From Clostridia bacterium (lineage in GTDB: Bacteria; Bacillota; Clostridia; Oscillospirales; CAG-272): a DNA stretch of 64,000 bases. The stretch lies in contig JAFQPI010000036.1 in the NCBI GenBank assembly GCA_017411805.1, positions 5,444 to 69,443 of the forward strand, read 5' to 3'. This document shows, piece after piece, positions 44,223 through 54,521 of the stretch; within the stretch, counting starts at the first letter, position 1; each line of letters opens with the position of its first letter. The notes under the pieces are model-generated. The model was not told the origin of the DNA and did no database searches. It saw only the letters and a list, made by a program, of their open reading frames with translations. The position numbers and the translations under genes were made by a program.

Positions 44223-46174
44223 CAGCGTACACGCTCGCCAAGGGGTGTTGCGGGATCAAGGAATATTACGCGAACTTCTTCCTCTCCCGAAGCGAGAAGC
44301 ATGCCCTCGGATTCAACTCCGCAGAGCTTAGCGGGCGCGAGATTTGCAACGAGAATGATCTTCTTGCCGATAAGGTCCTCGGGCTTATAGAACTTTGCGA
44401 TTCCCGATACGACCTGACGAGTCTCATATCCGAGATCTACCTTGAGCTTGAGCAGTTTCTTCGCCTTCGGTACGGGCTCGCATTCGGTGATCTGTGCTGT
44501 GCGGAGCTCAACCTTCATAAAGTCATCAAAGCCGATTATAGCGCATCCCTCGGGCTTTTCTATCTTGGGAGCCTCTGCCGCCTTGCGAGCCGCTTCGATC
44601 TCCGCGTAGATCGCCTCAAGGGTCTTCTGTTCGTCGATTCTTGCGAAGAGGACCGCGGAATCGTTGACGGATGCGCCTGCGGTCATGCCGTCAAACGCGC
44701 CGCCGATGCTCTCAAAGGAAGTATTATCTGTTCCGAGCTGTGCGAAAATCGTATTAGCGGTCTCGGGGATCATGGGAGCGAGGAGTACTGCGCCCCAACG
44801 GATAGCCTCGAGGAGGTTATAAAGAACGGTTGCAAGACGCGCGCGGCTTTCCTCGTTCTTTGCGAGGACCCAAGGCTGGGTCTCATCGATATACTTATTT
44901 GCGCGGCGCAACAGAGTGAGCGTTGCGTCGATCGCATCTGCGATATGATAGCTGTCCATTGCCTCGTAATAGGTCTTTACAGCCTCGGCGCAAACAGACT
45001 TGAACTCGTCGTCAAGTGCTTCGGGTGCCGAGGGAGCCTCGATCTTCTTGTCGAAATACTTCTTCTGCATATCGAGAGTTCTCTTGACGAGATTGCCGAG
45101 GGTGTTTACGAGATCTGTATTAAAGCGCGCGAGAACGCTGTCCCAGGTGATGGATCCGTCGGATGCGAAGGGCATCTCGGCGAGGGCATAGTAACGTACG
45201 CCGTCAACGCCAACGTACTCGGCAAGCTTATCGGCATAAATTACGTTACCACGGGACTTGGACATCTTATCGGTTCCGAAGTTGAACCAGGGATGACCGA
45301 AGATCTTCTCGGGAAGAGGAAGATCGAGAGCCATAAGGAAGATGGGCCAATAGATCGAATGGAATCTGACGATATCCTTACCGATCATATGGACGTCCGC
45401 GGGCCAGAGCTTACGGAACTGCTCCGACTGCTCTTCGTACGACTTATCGGGGTCGTAGCCGATGGCAGTGATGTAGTTTACAAGTGCATCGAGCCATACG
45501 TAAACGACGTGCTTGGGATCCGAGGGAACCTGGATACCCCAAGTGAATGAGGTACGCGAAACGCAGAGGTCCTGCAGTCCCGAAAGGAGGAAGTTATTGA
45601 GCATTTCCTTCTTTCTTGCCTCGGGCTCGAGGAAACCGGGATGAGTCTCGAAATATTCGATAAGACGGGGAGCGTACTTCTGCATATTGAAGAAGTATGC
45701 CTCTTCTCTTGCCTGCTTTACGGGTCTGCCGCAATCGGGGCACTTACCGTCAGTTACCTGTGTGTCGGTAAAAAACGACTCGCAGGGAGTGCAATACCAA
45801 CCCTCGTAATATCCCTTATAGATATCGCCTTGCTTAAGGAAACGCTCGAAGATCTTCTGAATAGTCTTTACGTGATAATCATCGGTGGTACGGATGAAGT
45901 AGTCGTAGCTGACGTTCATCTTATCCCACATTTCCTTAATAACGCCTGCGACGTTATCAACGTACGCCTGGGGAGCAATACCTGCGGCTGCAGCGCAGTT
46001 TTCGATCTTCTGACCGTGCTCGTCTGTGCCCGTGCAGAAGAATACGTCATAGCCCTTCGCTCTCTTGTAGCGGGCAATGGCATCGGTCGCGATAGCTTCA
46101 TAGGTATTGCCGATATGGGGCTTTGCCGAAGCATACGCGATTGCTGTTGTTATATAATATTTAGGTTTAGTCAT
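44222..46174 (-). CDS. metG: methionine--tRNA ligase with C-terminal tRNA-binding (EMAP/Trbp111-like) domain
   Basis: 650 aa. HIGN (KPHIGNTYE), zinc knuckles CTPCESF..CPDCGRP, KMSKS (DKMSKSRGN). Confidence 0.95.
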   Translation of the reverse strand: MTKPKYYITTAIAYASAKPHIGNTYEAIATDAIARYKRAKGYDVFFCTGTDEHGQKIENCAAAAGIAPQAYVDNVAGVIKEMWDKMNVSYDYFIRTTDDYHVKTIQKIFERFLKQGDIYKGYYEGWYCTPCESFFTDTQVTDGKCPDCGRPVKQAREEAYFFNMQKYAPRLIEYFETHPGFLEPEARKKEMLNNFLLSGLQDLCVSRTSFTWGIQVPSDPKHVVYVWLDALVNYITAIGYDPDKSYEEQSEQFRKLWPADVHMIGKDIVRFHSIYWPIFLMALDLPLPEKIFGHPWFNFGTDKMSKSRGNVIYADKLAEYVGVDGVRYYALAEMPFASDGSITWDSVLARFNTDLVNTLGNLVKRTLDMQKKYFDKKIEAPSAPEALDDEFKSVCAEAVKTYYEAMDSYHIADAIDATLTLLRRANKYIDETQPWVLAKNEESRARLATVLYNLLEAIRWGAVLLAPMIPETANTIFAQLGTDNTSFESIGGAFDGMTAGASVNDSAVLFARIDEQKTLEAIYAEIEAARKAAEAPKIEKPEGCAIIGFDDFMKVELRTAQITECEPVPKAKKLLKLKVDLGYETRQVVSGIAKFYKPEDLIGKKIILVANLAPAKLCGVESEGMLLASGEEEVRVIFLDPATPLGERVR

Positions 46175-46980
46175 TTATCCTGACCGTCCTTTCGTGATTT
46201 TTCAGAATGTAATTTTTTCAATATTTCTTCGCTTCTTTGAACAGTGATCTCATACTGAACCGCCCATACGGGTCCCGTATAAAACACAAGGATAATAAAC
46301 ATCGTTACCAACGTAAGAAATACGTATAGAGTATTTTTGCCCGAAATCGTGAGAACGACGTGTTTTCCCTTATATGACTCGCATATTGCCTTCAAGAAGG
46401 GTAATCTGCAGCTCCAAAGGCAATGAGGAAGCCTTGCGAGTCTTGCGGTAATGAAGTACCAAACAAAAAACGCAATCATTGCAACGATAAAACATACCGG
46501 ATAATATGCCGCCGTAATTCCATCACCGTTATCAAAGAATCCGATGAGCAGATCGGGAATATACAGCAGCGCAAGAAAACCGGCGTATCTCAAGCAAACA
46601 ATGAGTGTCCCAAGATAGGCTGACAAAAAAGCGCCGGGGCTTGAAAAAGCAACGAATAAGCCCGAAAGATCATTCTCTCCTCTGCATACCGAGCCGGTTA
46701 CGGTAAACAGTCCCGCTAAAGCCGGAGCGATAAATATAAAAATTAAGATTAAAGTGACAGCATTGGCAATAGTATCATTAACCGGCAGAGAAAAATGCTG
46801 AAGTACTCCGAACAAAAGAGATGAGATCAGTATTCCGATGCCCGTCGAAGCGATAAAGTAGAGAAAGGCATAGATCATAGAATATCTCGCGCCCTCTTTT
46901 GAAAGGATAACGTCAGCCTCTTTTGCGATCTCTTCATTAATGCCCTTTATAATGCTGCGATCGATTTTTTTGATCTTCAT
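46171..46980 (-). CDS. hypothetical polytopic membrane protein
   Basis: About 269 aa from the ATG at 46980 (MKIKKIDRS). The track start at 47043 would overlap nagA by 59 nt. Confidence 0.5.
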   Translation of the reverse strand: MKIKKIDRSIIKGINEEIAKEADVILSKEGARYSMIYAFLYFIASTGIGILISSLLFGVLQHFSLPVNDTIANAVTLILIFIFIAPALAGLFTVTGSVCRGENDLSGLFVAFSSPGAFLSAYLGTLIVCLRYAGFLALLYIPDLLIGFFDNGDGITAAYYPVCFIVAMIAFFVWYFITARLARLPHCLWSCRLPFLKAICESYKGKHVVLTISGKNTLYVFLTLVTMFIILVFYTGPVWAVQYEITVQRSEEILKKLHSEKSRKDGQDK

Positions 46981-46984
46981 AGTC

Positions 46985-48139
46985 TCAAAGAACAGCGTCG
47001 CCCGCGACGAATACTTGGTCGATCTCGATCTTCTTACCGCCAACCGTACCGATTATAAAATCAGCCCTGTTTCCGACAGCAAGCTTGCCGACCTTATGAT
47101 CAAGCCCTACGGCACGCGCGGGAGTCAGGGTGGCGCAGATCAAAGCGTCCTCAATCGGAATACCCGCGAATTCAGCAAGATTCTCAACGCCCTTTACAAG
47201 TGACAGCGTGCTGCCCGCAAGATTTCCACCCGCGGTGCGTGCGATACCGTCAACTACGGTAACGGGATTGCCGGCGATCTCATATTCACCGTCCGGTGAT
47301 GCGGTTGCCGCCATGGAATCGCTGATAAGGACCAGACGATCCATGCCTATCATTCTGTAAGTGAATGCAACCATTTCACGGGAGATATGGAGGCCGTCGC
47401 AGATAAGCTCGCAAAATCCGCCCGATTCGAGCGCGGCAAGGACAGTTCCGCCGTCTCTGTGATGAAGCGGAGACATTGCGTTATATAGATGTGTAAATGC
47501 TACTTTGTGCTTGCGGTAGATATCGGTTGCCTCCGCATACGACGCATTTGTGTGACCAAGAGAGAGCGTAACGCCGAGAGCCTTTGCACGGCTTGCAAAA
47601 GCATCTGCGCCTTCAAGCTCCCATGCCGCACTTATACGCAAGGGTGTACTTGAAGATGCCGCGAATTCATCAAGTTCGGACACGTTCGGCAGCGCAAGCA
47701 TTTCAAGGTTATGTGCGCCCGCCTTGGCGGGATTCAGATATCTTCCCTCAAGATGAACACCGAGAAATTCAGCACCGTCGGTATCACCCTTAAGCGAATC
47801 TATCAGCTTTGCCTGCGCACAGAGGCTATCAAAATCAGCAGAAGCGAGAGTTGGGAAAAGAGACGTAACACCGTAGTCGGAATAAGATTTTGCCATAGCG
47901 CGCATATCATCGGCATCGGCTGTATTGAAGTCGCCGCATGCCCTTCCGTGAGTATGGATGTCAACAAGTCCGGGGATGACCTGTCTGCCGCCGCAATCTA
48001 TGACCGAGTCAACGTCGAAGCAATGATCCGTGTTGCGTAAAATATCAAGTATGATTCCATCGCCGACAAGCATCGACCTGCTTTTGAATATTCTGTTATG
48101 GCTTTCAAACAGCTTGCAATTTTCAAACAGTATCTTCAT
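46985..48139 (-). CDS. nagA: N-acetylglucosamine-6-phosphate deacetylase
   Basis: 384 aa amidohydrolase. GLVDIHTHG, HLEGRYLN, GHTNASY, FTHLYNAM, and ISDSMAA. Confidence 0.85.
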   Translation of the reverse strand: MKILFENCKLFESHNRIFKSRSMLVGDGIILDILRNTDHCFDVDSVIDCGGRQVIPGLVDIHTHGRACGDFNTADADDMRAMAKSYSDYGVTSLFPTLASADFDSLCAQAKLIDSLKGDTDGAEFLGVHLEGRYLNPAKAGAHNLEMLALPNVSELDEFAASSSTPLRISAAWELEGADAFASRAKALGVTLSLGHTNASYAEATDIYRKHKVAFTHLYNAMSPLHHRDGGTVLAALESGGFCELICDGLHISREMVAFTYRMIGMDRLVLISDSMAATASPDGEYEIAGNPVTVVDGIARTAGGNLAGSTLSLVKGVENLAEFAGIPIEDALICATLTPARAVGLDHKVGKLAVGNRADFIIGTVGGKKIEIDQVFVAGDAVL

Positions 48140-48280
48140 ATGATCACTCCTTGATGCAGTTATACATTATATTATTATATCAAATAAAACTATTTTTTTC
48201 AATAGGTAATAAGAATTTTATCGGCATTAATTGCATAATTTGCGTCAATAATGAAAATAAAAACCATTTTGGAGGTCAAT

Positions 48281-48820
48281 ATGCCCAATATAAAGCCAGA
48301 AAAAGCAAGCGGAATTACTTTTTTTCTCTCAACGCCTCGCGGCGAGTTCATCACCATTGTTGCTGTGGGTGCACTATTATACACCTTGGCAGTTTCGCTT
48401 ATAGGTTTGACCTTCAGATTTGTTTCTGAAACGATATACCCTTTTTCCTATCCTTTTCTTTCTTCCCCTCTGCATTCCTTTCTGCCGACGATCATTATAT
48501 CTCCGCCGCTTTTTTCTTCTCTGCTCTTCGGCGGAGCAATTACCACCGCAATATATTATTTCGAAAAAAACATCTTTTACCGCAGGTTTCATATTACCAT
48601 AAAGACCGCATTTTCAGCTATTGCCGCATGTGCCGCTGTTTTTATATCGAGCATTATTCTTTATCTTTCAGAAATAATAAGCTTTAATGTGTTTGTCCCT
48701 GTTTTATATTCCGCCGAGGCACACGAGCTTCCGATTCTTTTTATTTATTATTACATTTTATCGTATCCGATATTTAGCCTTTGCGACGCGTTAAGGCGAA
48801 GGCTATTCGGATTTCCGTAA
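48281..48820 (+). CDS. hypothetical polytopic membrane protein
   Basis: About 179 aa from the ATG at 48281 (GGAGG RBS). The gene is AT-rich. Confidence 0.45.
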   Translation: MPNIKPEKASGITFFLSTPRGEFITIVAVGALLYTLAVSLIGLTFRFVSETIYPFSYPFLSSPLHSFLPTIIISPPLFSSLLFGGAITTAIYYFEKNIFYRRFHITIKTAFSAIAACAAVFISSIILYLSEIISFNVFVPVLYSAEAHELPILFIYYYILSYPIFSLCDALRRRLFGFP

Positions 48821-48884
48821 CAAAAATACAGACCGAAGACGATGTGCTCACAAGGACACAACACCTTCGGTCTGCGGACTTATA

Positions 48885-49802
48885 TTACATGATCTGTTCT
48901 CTGTCGTATGGGGTCGTCTGATAGACAAAATAATTCAGCCAATTCGAATAAAGGAGATTTGCACAGCTTCTCCAAGTAACGAGGGGTTCGAGGGTGTCGT
49001 CGTCATTCGGGAAATAGTTTACGGGAATATCGATGGGAAGACCCGCATTCTTATCGCGCAAGTACTCAGCTCTGAGTGTTCCCGCGTCATATTCCGAATG
49101 TCCCGTGATATAGATCTGTCTGCCGCGGTCTGTTGCGCAGGCATACAGCCCCGCAACCGGCGAGGTCGAGAGGATCTTGAGTTCGGGGCAAGCCTCGACA
49201 TCCTCCAGGCGCACGGTCGTATGGCGCGAATGAGGAACGAAGAATTTATCGTCAAAGCCTCTGAAAAGCATCGAAGAACGGCGGTCAACCGTATGCTCAA
49301 AAACACCGAAGAGCTTTGATTCAAGGGGGTACTTTTTGATTCCGTAATGGTAGTAGAGACCTGCTTGCGCGCCCCAGCAGATATGGAACGTAGACGTTAC
49401 GTTGGTCTTTGACCACTCCATGATCTCGCAGAGTTCATCCCAATACGTGACCTCCTCAAAGGGGATCTGCTCAACCGGAGCTCCCGTAATGATCATTCCG
49501 TCATATTTTTTATGTCTGACCTCGTCGAAGGTCTTATAGAAAGCAAGCATATGCTCAGCCGAGGTATGAGTTGCCTTATGTGTCGCGGTCTGAAGCAATT
49601 CGAGCTCTACCTGAAGCGGTGTGTTTCCGATAAGTCTTGCGATCTGCGTTTCAGTTGTGATCTTCTGCGGCATCAGATTGAGCATCAGGATATGCAGAGG
49701 TCTGATATCCTGCGTGATCGCGCGGGTCTCTGTCATGACGAAGATATTCTCGTCAAGCAAAGTCTGTGTCGCGGGAAGAAGGTTAGGAATTTTGATCGGC
49801 AT
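48885..49802 (-). CDS. metA: homoserine O-acyltransferase MetA (acetyl vs succinyl specificity not determinable here)
   Basis: 305 aa. MPIKIP..., ILNLMP-type LMLNLMPQK, and the active-site context [12 protein letters not shown]. Confidence 0.9.
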   Translation of the reverse strand: MPIKIPNLLPATQTLLDENIFVMTETRAITQDIRPLHILMLNLMPQKITTETQIARLIGNTPLQVELELLQTATHKATHTSAEHMLAFYKTFDEVRHKKYDGMIITGAPVEQIPFEEVTYWDELCEIMEWSKTNVTSTFHICWGAQAGLYYHYGIKKYPLESKLFGVFEHTVDRRSSMLFRGFDDKFFVPHSRHTTVRLEDVEACPELKILSTSPVAGLYACATDRGRQIYITGHSEYDAGTLRAEYLRDKNAGLPIDIPVNYFPNDDDTLEPLVTWRSCANLLYSNWLNYFVYQTTPYDREQIM

Positions 49803-49818
49803 TTCTGTCTCCTGTCAA

Positions 49819-51102
49819 TCAGGCATTTGCAAGTGCCTGCTCAATATCTGCAATGATATCGTCAATATTCTCGGTTCCCACCGAAAGTCTTACGAGACCT
49901 GCGGGGATACCTGCGGCAACGAGCTGTTCATCGGTCAGCTGACGGTGGGTCGTGGAGGCTGGATTGAGGACGCTTGTACGCGAGTCTGCTACGTGAACCA
50001 CGATTGCGGCAAGCTTCAAGGAATCCATAAACTTGACTGCTGCGTCACGTCCGCCCTTGATTACGAAGGAGATTACGCCCGCGCAACCCTTGGGAAGATA
50101 TTTCTGTGCAAGCTCATACTGAGAATCGCCCTTGAGTCCGGGATAAGAAACGCTCTCGACCTTCTCGTGCGCCGAGAGATACTCGGAAACCGAGAGCGCG
50201 TTCGAGCAATGTCTTTCCATACGGAGATGGAGGGTCTCAAGTCCGAGGTTGAGAAGGAACGCGCTCATTGCGGTCATGGGAATACCCATATCGCGGACAA
50301 GCTGAACACGAGCCTTGGTTATATATGCAACGTCGTTACCAAACTGCTTAACGTATGCAACTCCGTGGTAGGAGGGATCGGGATCGTTGAGTTCGGACCA
50401 CTTTTTCGGGTCTGCGGACCAATCGAATTTACCGCCGTCAACAACGCAACCGCCGACAACGGTAGCATGTCCGTCCATATACTTTGTTGTGGAATGAACG
50501 ATAATATCGCATCCGTGCTCAAAGGGACGGCAAAGAATGGGGGTCGGGAAGGTATTGTCAACAACGAAGGGGATTCCGTTCTTGTGTGCGATAGCGGCAA
50601 AACGGTCGAAGTCAAGAACGTCGAGCGCGGGATTTGCGATAGTTTCGCCGAAGAGCATACGAGTGTTTTCATCGATAAGAGATTCGATCTCCTCATCGCT
50701 CATGGCGGATGTAGCAAATCTTACCTCGATACCGAAGCGTTTGAGAGTCACCGCAAAGAGGTTGACAGTACCGCCGTAGATAGCCGAGAGAGAAACGATA
50801 TTCTGACCCGCCTTGGTGATATTGAGAACAGCAAGAAGGATCGCGGACATACCCGAGGAGGTAAGGATCGCGCCGGTGCCGCCCTCGAGATCTGTGATCT
50901 TCTTCTCAACTTCCGCAACCGTAGGGTTGGAGATTCGGGAATACATATGACCGTCAGCCTTGAGGTCAAAGAGGTCTCCGACTTCTTCGGATGAGCAGTA
51001 CTTATACGTAGTACTCTGATATATCGGCAGAACGCGCGGCTCTCCGTTACCGGGATTATAACCCGACTGTATACATTTTGTTTCGATCTTGTAATCAGAC
51101 AT
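49819..51102 (-). CDS. metY: O-acetylhomoserine aminocarboxypropyltransferase (sulfhydrylase)
   Basis: 427 aa from the ATG at 51102 (GTGAGGA RBS). PLP-lysine context HSTTKYMDGH. There is a 16-nt gap to metA. Confidence 0.9.
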   Translation of the reverse strand: MSDYKIETKCIQSGYNPGNGEPRVLPIYQSTTYKYCSSEEVGDLFDLKADGHMYSRISNPTVAEVEKKITDLEGGTGAILTSSGMSAILLAVLNITKAGQNIVSLSAIYGGTVNLFAVTLKRFGIEVRFATSAMSDEEIESLIDENTRMLFGETIANPALDVLDFDRFAAIAHKNGIPFVVDNTFPTPILCRPFEHGCDIIVHSTTKYMDGHATVVGGCVVDGGKFDWSADPKKWSELNDPDPSYHGVAYVKQFGNDVAYITKARVQLVRDMGIPMTAMSAFLLNLGLETLHLRMERHCSNALSVSEYLSAHEKVESVSYPGLKGDSQYELAQKYLPKGCAGVISFVIKGGRDAAVKFMDSLKLAAIVVHVADSRTSVLNPASTTHRQLTDEQLVAAGIPAGLVRLSVGTENIDDIIADIEQALANA

Positions 51103-51150
51103 TTTATCCTCACTTTCGCGCCGAAGCGCAAACAAAATTAATTCAGTATA

Positions 51151-51179
51151 ATTATATCACACAGGCGATCGAAATTCAA
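51151..51179 (-). promoter_or_regulatory. sigma-A-type promoter for metY-metA (TTGAAT-17-TGaTATAAT)
   Basis: On the reverse strand, -35 is at 51179-51174 and -10 at 51156-51151. The leader is only about 45 nt. Confidence 0.6.
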
Positions 51180-51188
51180 TAGATAAAT

Positions 51189-51222
51189 CAAAAAATCCTT
51201 CCCTGCTTTCGCAGAGAAGGAA
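51189..51222 (-). terminator. rho-independent terminator after dpaB
   Basis: On the reverse strand: UCCUUCUCUGC-GAAA-GCAGGGAAGGA followed by UUUUUU. Confidence 0.8.
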
Positions 51223-51234
51223 AAATTTTATATA

Positions 51235-51801
51235 TTATTCAAGAAAAAGCGGTCGCAATTGTTCCCTTCTGATAGCGGCTGCGACCGCTTCCGGAAGCTT
51301 TTCGAAATCGCTTACAAGCGAATGCGGCTTCTTTTGCGGATCATCCTGCCTCATAGGCAAAAAGTATACGCTCTTGCGCTTTTGCATTGCATTGAGATTT
51401 GACAAATTAGCGGATAGCCCGTCGTTTGTTGCCAATGCGATCAGAAGCGGTCGGTCTCCGCGCAGATGAGCCTTCGCCGCCATGGTTACGGGTGTGTCCG
51501 TAATTCCCGCCGCAAGCTTTGCAAGCGTATTTCCGGTACAGGGGCAAATAATCAGAAGGTCAAGCTTTTCTTTAGGGCCGAGCGGTTCGGCATCTTCGAT
51601 CGTTCTGATTACCTTTCGCTCGCAAATCGCTTCGATATGAGCGAGATGTTCCGCAGCCTTTCCAAATCTTGTATCGATAGACGAAGCGTTAAAGCTCATT
51701 ATCGGAACGAGCTCATGCTCGGCATCTCGCAAGATCGATAATTGCTCGAAAGCAGGAGCAAAGGTACAAAATGAGCCGCACATTGCAAATCCTATCTTCA
51801 T
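51235..51801 (-). CDS. dpaB: dipicolinate synthase subunit B (SpoVFB)
   Basis: 188 aa flavoprotein-like. MKIGFAMCGSFCTF is a typical N-terminus. There is a 4-bp overlap with dpaA. Confidence 0.85.
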   Translation of the reverse strand: MKIGFAMCGSFCTFAPAFEQLSILRDAEHELVPIMSFNASSIDTRFGKAAEHLAHIEAICERKVIRTIEDAEPLGPKEKLDLLIICPCTGNTLAKLAAGITDTPVTMAAKAHLRGDRPLLIALATNDGLSANLSNLNAMQKRKSVYFLPMRQDDPQKKPHSLVSDFEKLPEAVAAAIRREQLRPLFLE

Positions 51802-52703
51802 ATTATTCCCTCTCTTTCAAATAATTCTATAAGCGTGTTGCCGATAATCTTTCCCGCAGTTTCGGGAGCGTATTTCCCCGGCAAAGACAATGCCCATATA
51901 GCCTTTATTCCCCTCTCCTTTGCCGCACCGAAATCCACGCCGCCGGGAACCGACGATAGATCGATGAGCATTACCGAGTCGGGCAAAGCTTTTATAACCG
52001 AGGAATCAAACAGACGTGCAGGCACAGTATTAAATATGATATCAAATCTACCATTTTCACAAACAGGTTCAAGGCCTCCGAGCAAAAGCTCATTCGAGAG
52101 CCTCACAGTATCGTATCCGAGCGATTCTGCTTGCGCCAATTGCTTTAAATTTCTTGCGGCAACGCTTACCCTTGCGCCCATTTTTGCAAGCAAGTGGGCA
52201 AGCATCTGACCTATCCTCCCGTATCCGATTACTGCAACGGCACAACCGCAAATAGTTTTATTCAAATGCTGCATTGCTATAGATACAGCTCCTTCCGCAG
52301 TCGGCGCGGCATTTCTTATCTGCAAGCTTTCGGATTCAAAATAGTCAATTAGCCTCTTATTTTTCTTGTTCGCTAAACTAAAAAAGGATTCATCGAGTCT
52401 TCCTCCGAAAATCGGTACATCCGTAATATCAAGCAAAGCTGAAAGCTTGAATTTTTCCTCATACAAAGCGAATGGACAATTGATACTCATGCCGTCAGCG
52501 GATGCGGGCAAGGGTAAAACAACAGCGGATGCTCCTGCAATAGCGCTGATGATATCCTTGCATCTTACAGCTTCCCCGATGTTTTGATCACCAAGCCCCC
52601 ATACTGCAGTCTCAAAGCCTCTTTTTGCCATATCTGCCGCGAGATAACCCTGCCTTGCGTCGCCTCCGAGCAGAGCGATCTTTATATTATTCTCCATCGT
52701 CAT
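51798..52703 (-). CDS. dpaA: dipicolinate synthase subunit A (SpoVFA)
   Basis: 301 aa. NAD-binding VIGYGRIGQMLA and pairing with dpaB. Confidence 0.85.
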   Translation of the reverse strand: MTMENNIKIALLGGDARQGYLAADMAKRGFETAVWGLGDQNIGEAVRCKDIISAIAGASAVVLPLPASADGMSINCPFALYEEKFKLSALLDITDVPIFGGRLDESFFSLANKKNKRLIDYFESESLQIRNAAPTAEGAVSIAMQHLNKTICGCAVAVIGYGRIGQMLAHLLAKMGARVSVAARNLKQLAQAESLGYDTVRLSNELLLGGLEPVCENGRFDIIFNTVPARLFDSSVIKALPDSVMLIDLSSVPGGVDFGAAKERGIKAIWALSLPGKYAPETAGKIIGNTLIELFEREGII

Positions 52704-52756
52704 TTCCTCTTGATCAGTATTCTCATACTACATAATATGACATATCAGAGTCATAT

Positions 52757-52795
52757 GTTAAAAGCCGAAGAGCGATAAATGCTCTTCGGCTTTAT
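52757..52795 (-). terminator. rho-independent terminator after the biotin-ligase-like gene
   Basis: A 13-bp stem, AAAGCCGAAGAGC (52761-52773) with GCTCTTCGGCTTT (52781-52793), followed by UUUU on the reverse strand. Confidence 0.8.
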
Positions 52796-52797
52796 AA

Positions 52798-53520
52798 TTA
52801 TAGGATTATGAGTCCCGCGGTTGTATTGGTAAACTCGGGGCGTTTACCTTCAACCGAAAAGATCAGCGAAAAATCGGACGCTATACTGAGAGCGGTTCCG
52901 CAACGTCCGTCGGGAAGCATAATACTTCTGCCCGGCGTTGTACAGTACTTAACGTAATTGTTATACAGCACGTCCTCTTTGACCTCGGGAAGATCGTTGC
53001 ATAGTCTGTCCGCGATCTCGATCATAAGCTTTTCCGTATCGGCAGGGTCAAGCCCCAGGGTCGTCACTCTTCCACGGAGCTCATCAGGCATATCGGCATA
53101 TCCCGTATTAAGTCCATAACCGATCCTGATGGTCGTAAGCTTCCCTTGTTTTACCGTAACAGCCGTGATAACGCCGCCGTACTTTTTATTATCAAGCAAA
53201 AGATCGTTGACCCACTTGATACCCAGCCTTTGATCGAAATCCGAGCAGGCATCAAGGACCGCCTCGGTCACAGTCAAAGTGGCAAAGGGTCCGAGCTTTG
53301 ATGAAAACGTAGGCGCGCAAACGTCTGCATATTCACCGACAAGAAGAAGGGTCGCATAAATACCGTTATCCTTCGGAGAATAAAACGAATGGGTACCCTG
53401 TCCTCTGCCCGCGGTCTGTTCTCGCGCTGTGAAAAGATATGCGCCCGTGGGAAGCTCGTTCATTCTTCTGCCGGCTTCTACAAAGGTGGAATCTATAGTA
53501 TCAAATCTGAATATTTCCAT
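52798..53520 (-). CDS. biotin--[acetyl-CoA-carboxylase] ligase-like protein, class I (no HTH)
   Basis: 240 aa. BPL_LplA_LipB-type core with QTAGRGQGTHSFYSP (variant of GRGRxGRxW) and KWVNDLL. Confidence 0.75.
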   Translation of the reverse strand: MEIFRFDTIDSTFVEAGRRMNELPTGAYLFTAREQTAGRGQGTHSFYSPKDNGIYATLLLVGEYADVCAPTFSSKLGPFATLTVTEAVLDACSDFDQRLGIKWVNDLLLDNKKYGGVITAVTVKQGKLTTIRIGYGLNTGYADMPDELRGRVTTLGLDPADTEKLMIEIADRLCNDLPEVKEDVLYNNYVKYCTTPGRSIMLPDGRCGTALSIASDFSLIFSVEGKRPEFTNTTAGLIIL

Positions 53521-53528
53521 GCAAACAA

Positions 53529-54521
53529 TTATCTTTCTTCTCGGAAATAAGACTGACCGAGCGCGGCGGGAGGCTGATGCTCGCGCTTCTTACGAGAGCT
53601 TGTAAACACCAGAACTATAATGGTTACAAGGTACGGAAGCATCTTGATGAGTTCCTTTGTGCTTCCCGAAAGTCCCGAGATAAATACGCTGGCAATATAA
53701 AGACCGCCGAAAATATATGAGCTGAAGATAGCCGATCTCGGCTTCCAAAGCGCGAAGATTACGATCGCGATAGCAAGCCATCCGCGGTCGCCAAAGCCGT
53801 TGTTAGTCCATGCGCCTGTAGTATAATCCATTACGAAGTAGAGTCCGCCAAGACCCGCGATCGCTCCTCCGACGCATGTGGCAACGTATTTATAGAGTGC
53901 TACGTTGATTCCTGCGGCATCTGCTGTAGCGGGATTCTCACCAACAGCGCGAAGATTAAGGCCCACGCGAGTCTTGTTAATGAACCACTGAGAAAGGATC
54001 GCAATAATTATCGCAACGTAAACCAGGAATCCAAACGAGAAGAAGGTCTCGCCAACGATTCCGAGATGATCGGAAATAAAGGGGATCTTGGTCTTATAGG
54101 CGTTACCCGTTGTAAGAAGCGAGATAGAACCGCTCTCGCCGAAGAATTTAAGAAGAGAGCCGCCGTAGAAATTACCCAAACCAACGCCGAGGGTAGTCAG
54201 CGCGAGACCCACGACGTTTTGGTTTGCCTTAAGCGTGATCGTAAGGAAGCTGTAGATAAAGGCAATGAAAGTCGAGCCTACGAGTGAAGTGAGAAGCGAA
54301 ATCAGTACGCAAAGAAGCGGTATGGGCTCTGCGCTGAAATGCTCGTAGAGATAACCGCCGATAATGCCTGAGATACCGCCGATATACATGATACCCGGGA
54401 TACCGAGATTAAGGTTACCGCTCTTCTCTGTTATTATCTCACCCGTAGCACCAAAAAGCAGAGGCGTTCCCTGAACTATCGCTGCGGCGATAAATGCCAT
54501 GATCTTTGCAAAGAAATCCAT
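53529..54521 (-). CDS. ABC transporter permease (BMP/nucleoside-type, second permease)
   Basis: 330 aa polytopic protein, adjacent to a BMP-type binding protein and a double-ABC ATPase. Confidence 0.85.
   Translation of the reverse strand: MDFFAKIMAFIAAAIVQGTPLLFGATGEIITEKSGNLNLGIPGIMYIGGISGIIGGYLYEHFSAEPIPLLCVLISLLTSLVGSTFIAFIYSFLTITLKANQNVVGLALTTLGVGLGNFYGGSLLKFFGESGSISLLTTGNAYKTKIPFISDHLGIVGETFFSFGFLVYVAIIIAILSQWFINKTRVGLNLRAVGENPATADAAGINVALYKYVATCVGGAIAGLGGLYFVMDYTTGAWTNNGFGDRGWLAIAIVIFALWKPRSAIFSSYIFGGLYIASVFISGLSGSTKELIKMLPYLVTIIVLVFTSSRKKREHQPPAALGQSYFREER

Noticed and set aside
44123-45550. 475-aa + strand ORF antisense to metG. Similar antisense ORFs lie at 49621-50994 (metY), 25798-26682 (pheS), 15468-16433 (deoD), 57821-58540 (BMP lipoprotein), 34342-35118 (response regulator), 12489-13157 (nitroreductase), 4786-5535 (upp), 39042-39746 (trmB), 17625-18305 (sigF) and 35677-36246 (ychF).
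   Set aside because: All lie opposite confidently identified genes. They lack RBSs and give compositionally odd translations.
52704-52760. Sigma-K-type promoter (CATATTATG) upstream of dpaA
   Set aside because: There is only a partial match to CATA-N3-TA, and the -35 AC placement is ambiguous. It is not supportable by eye.
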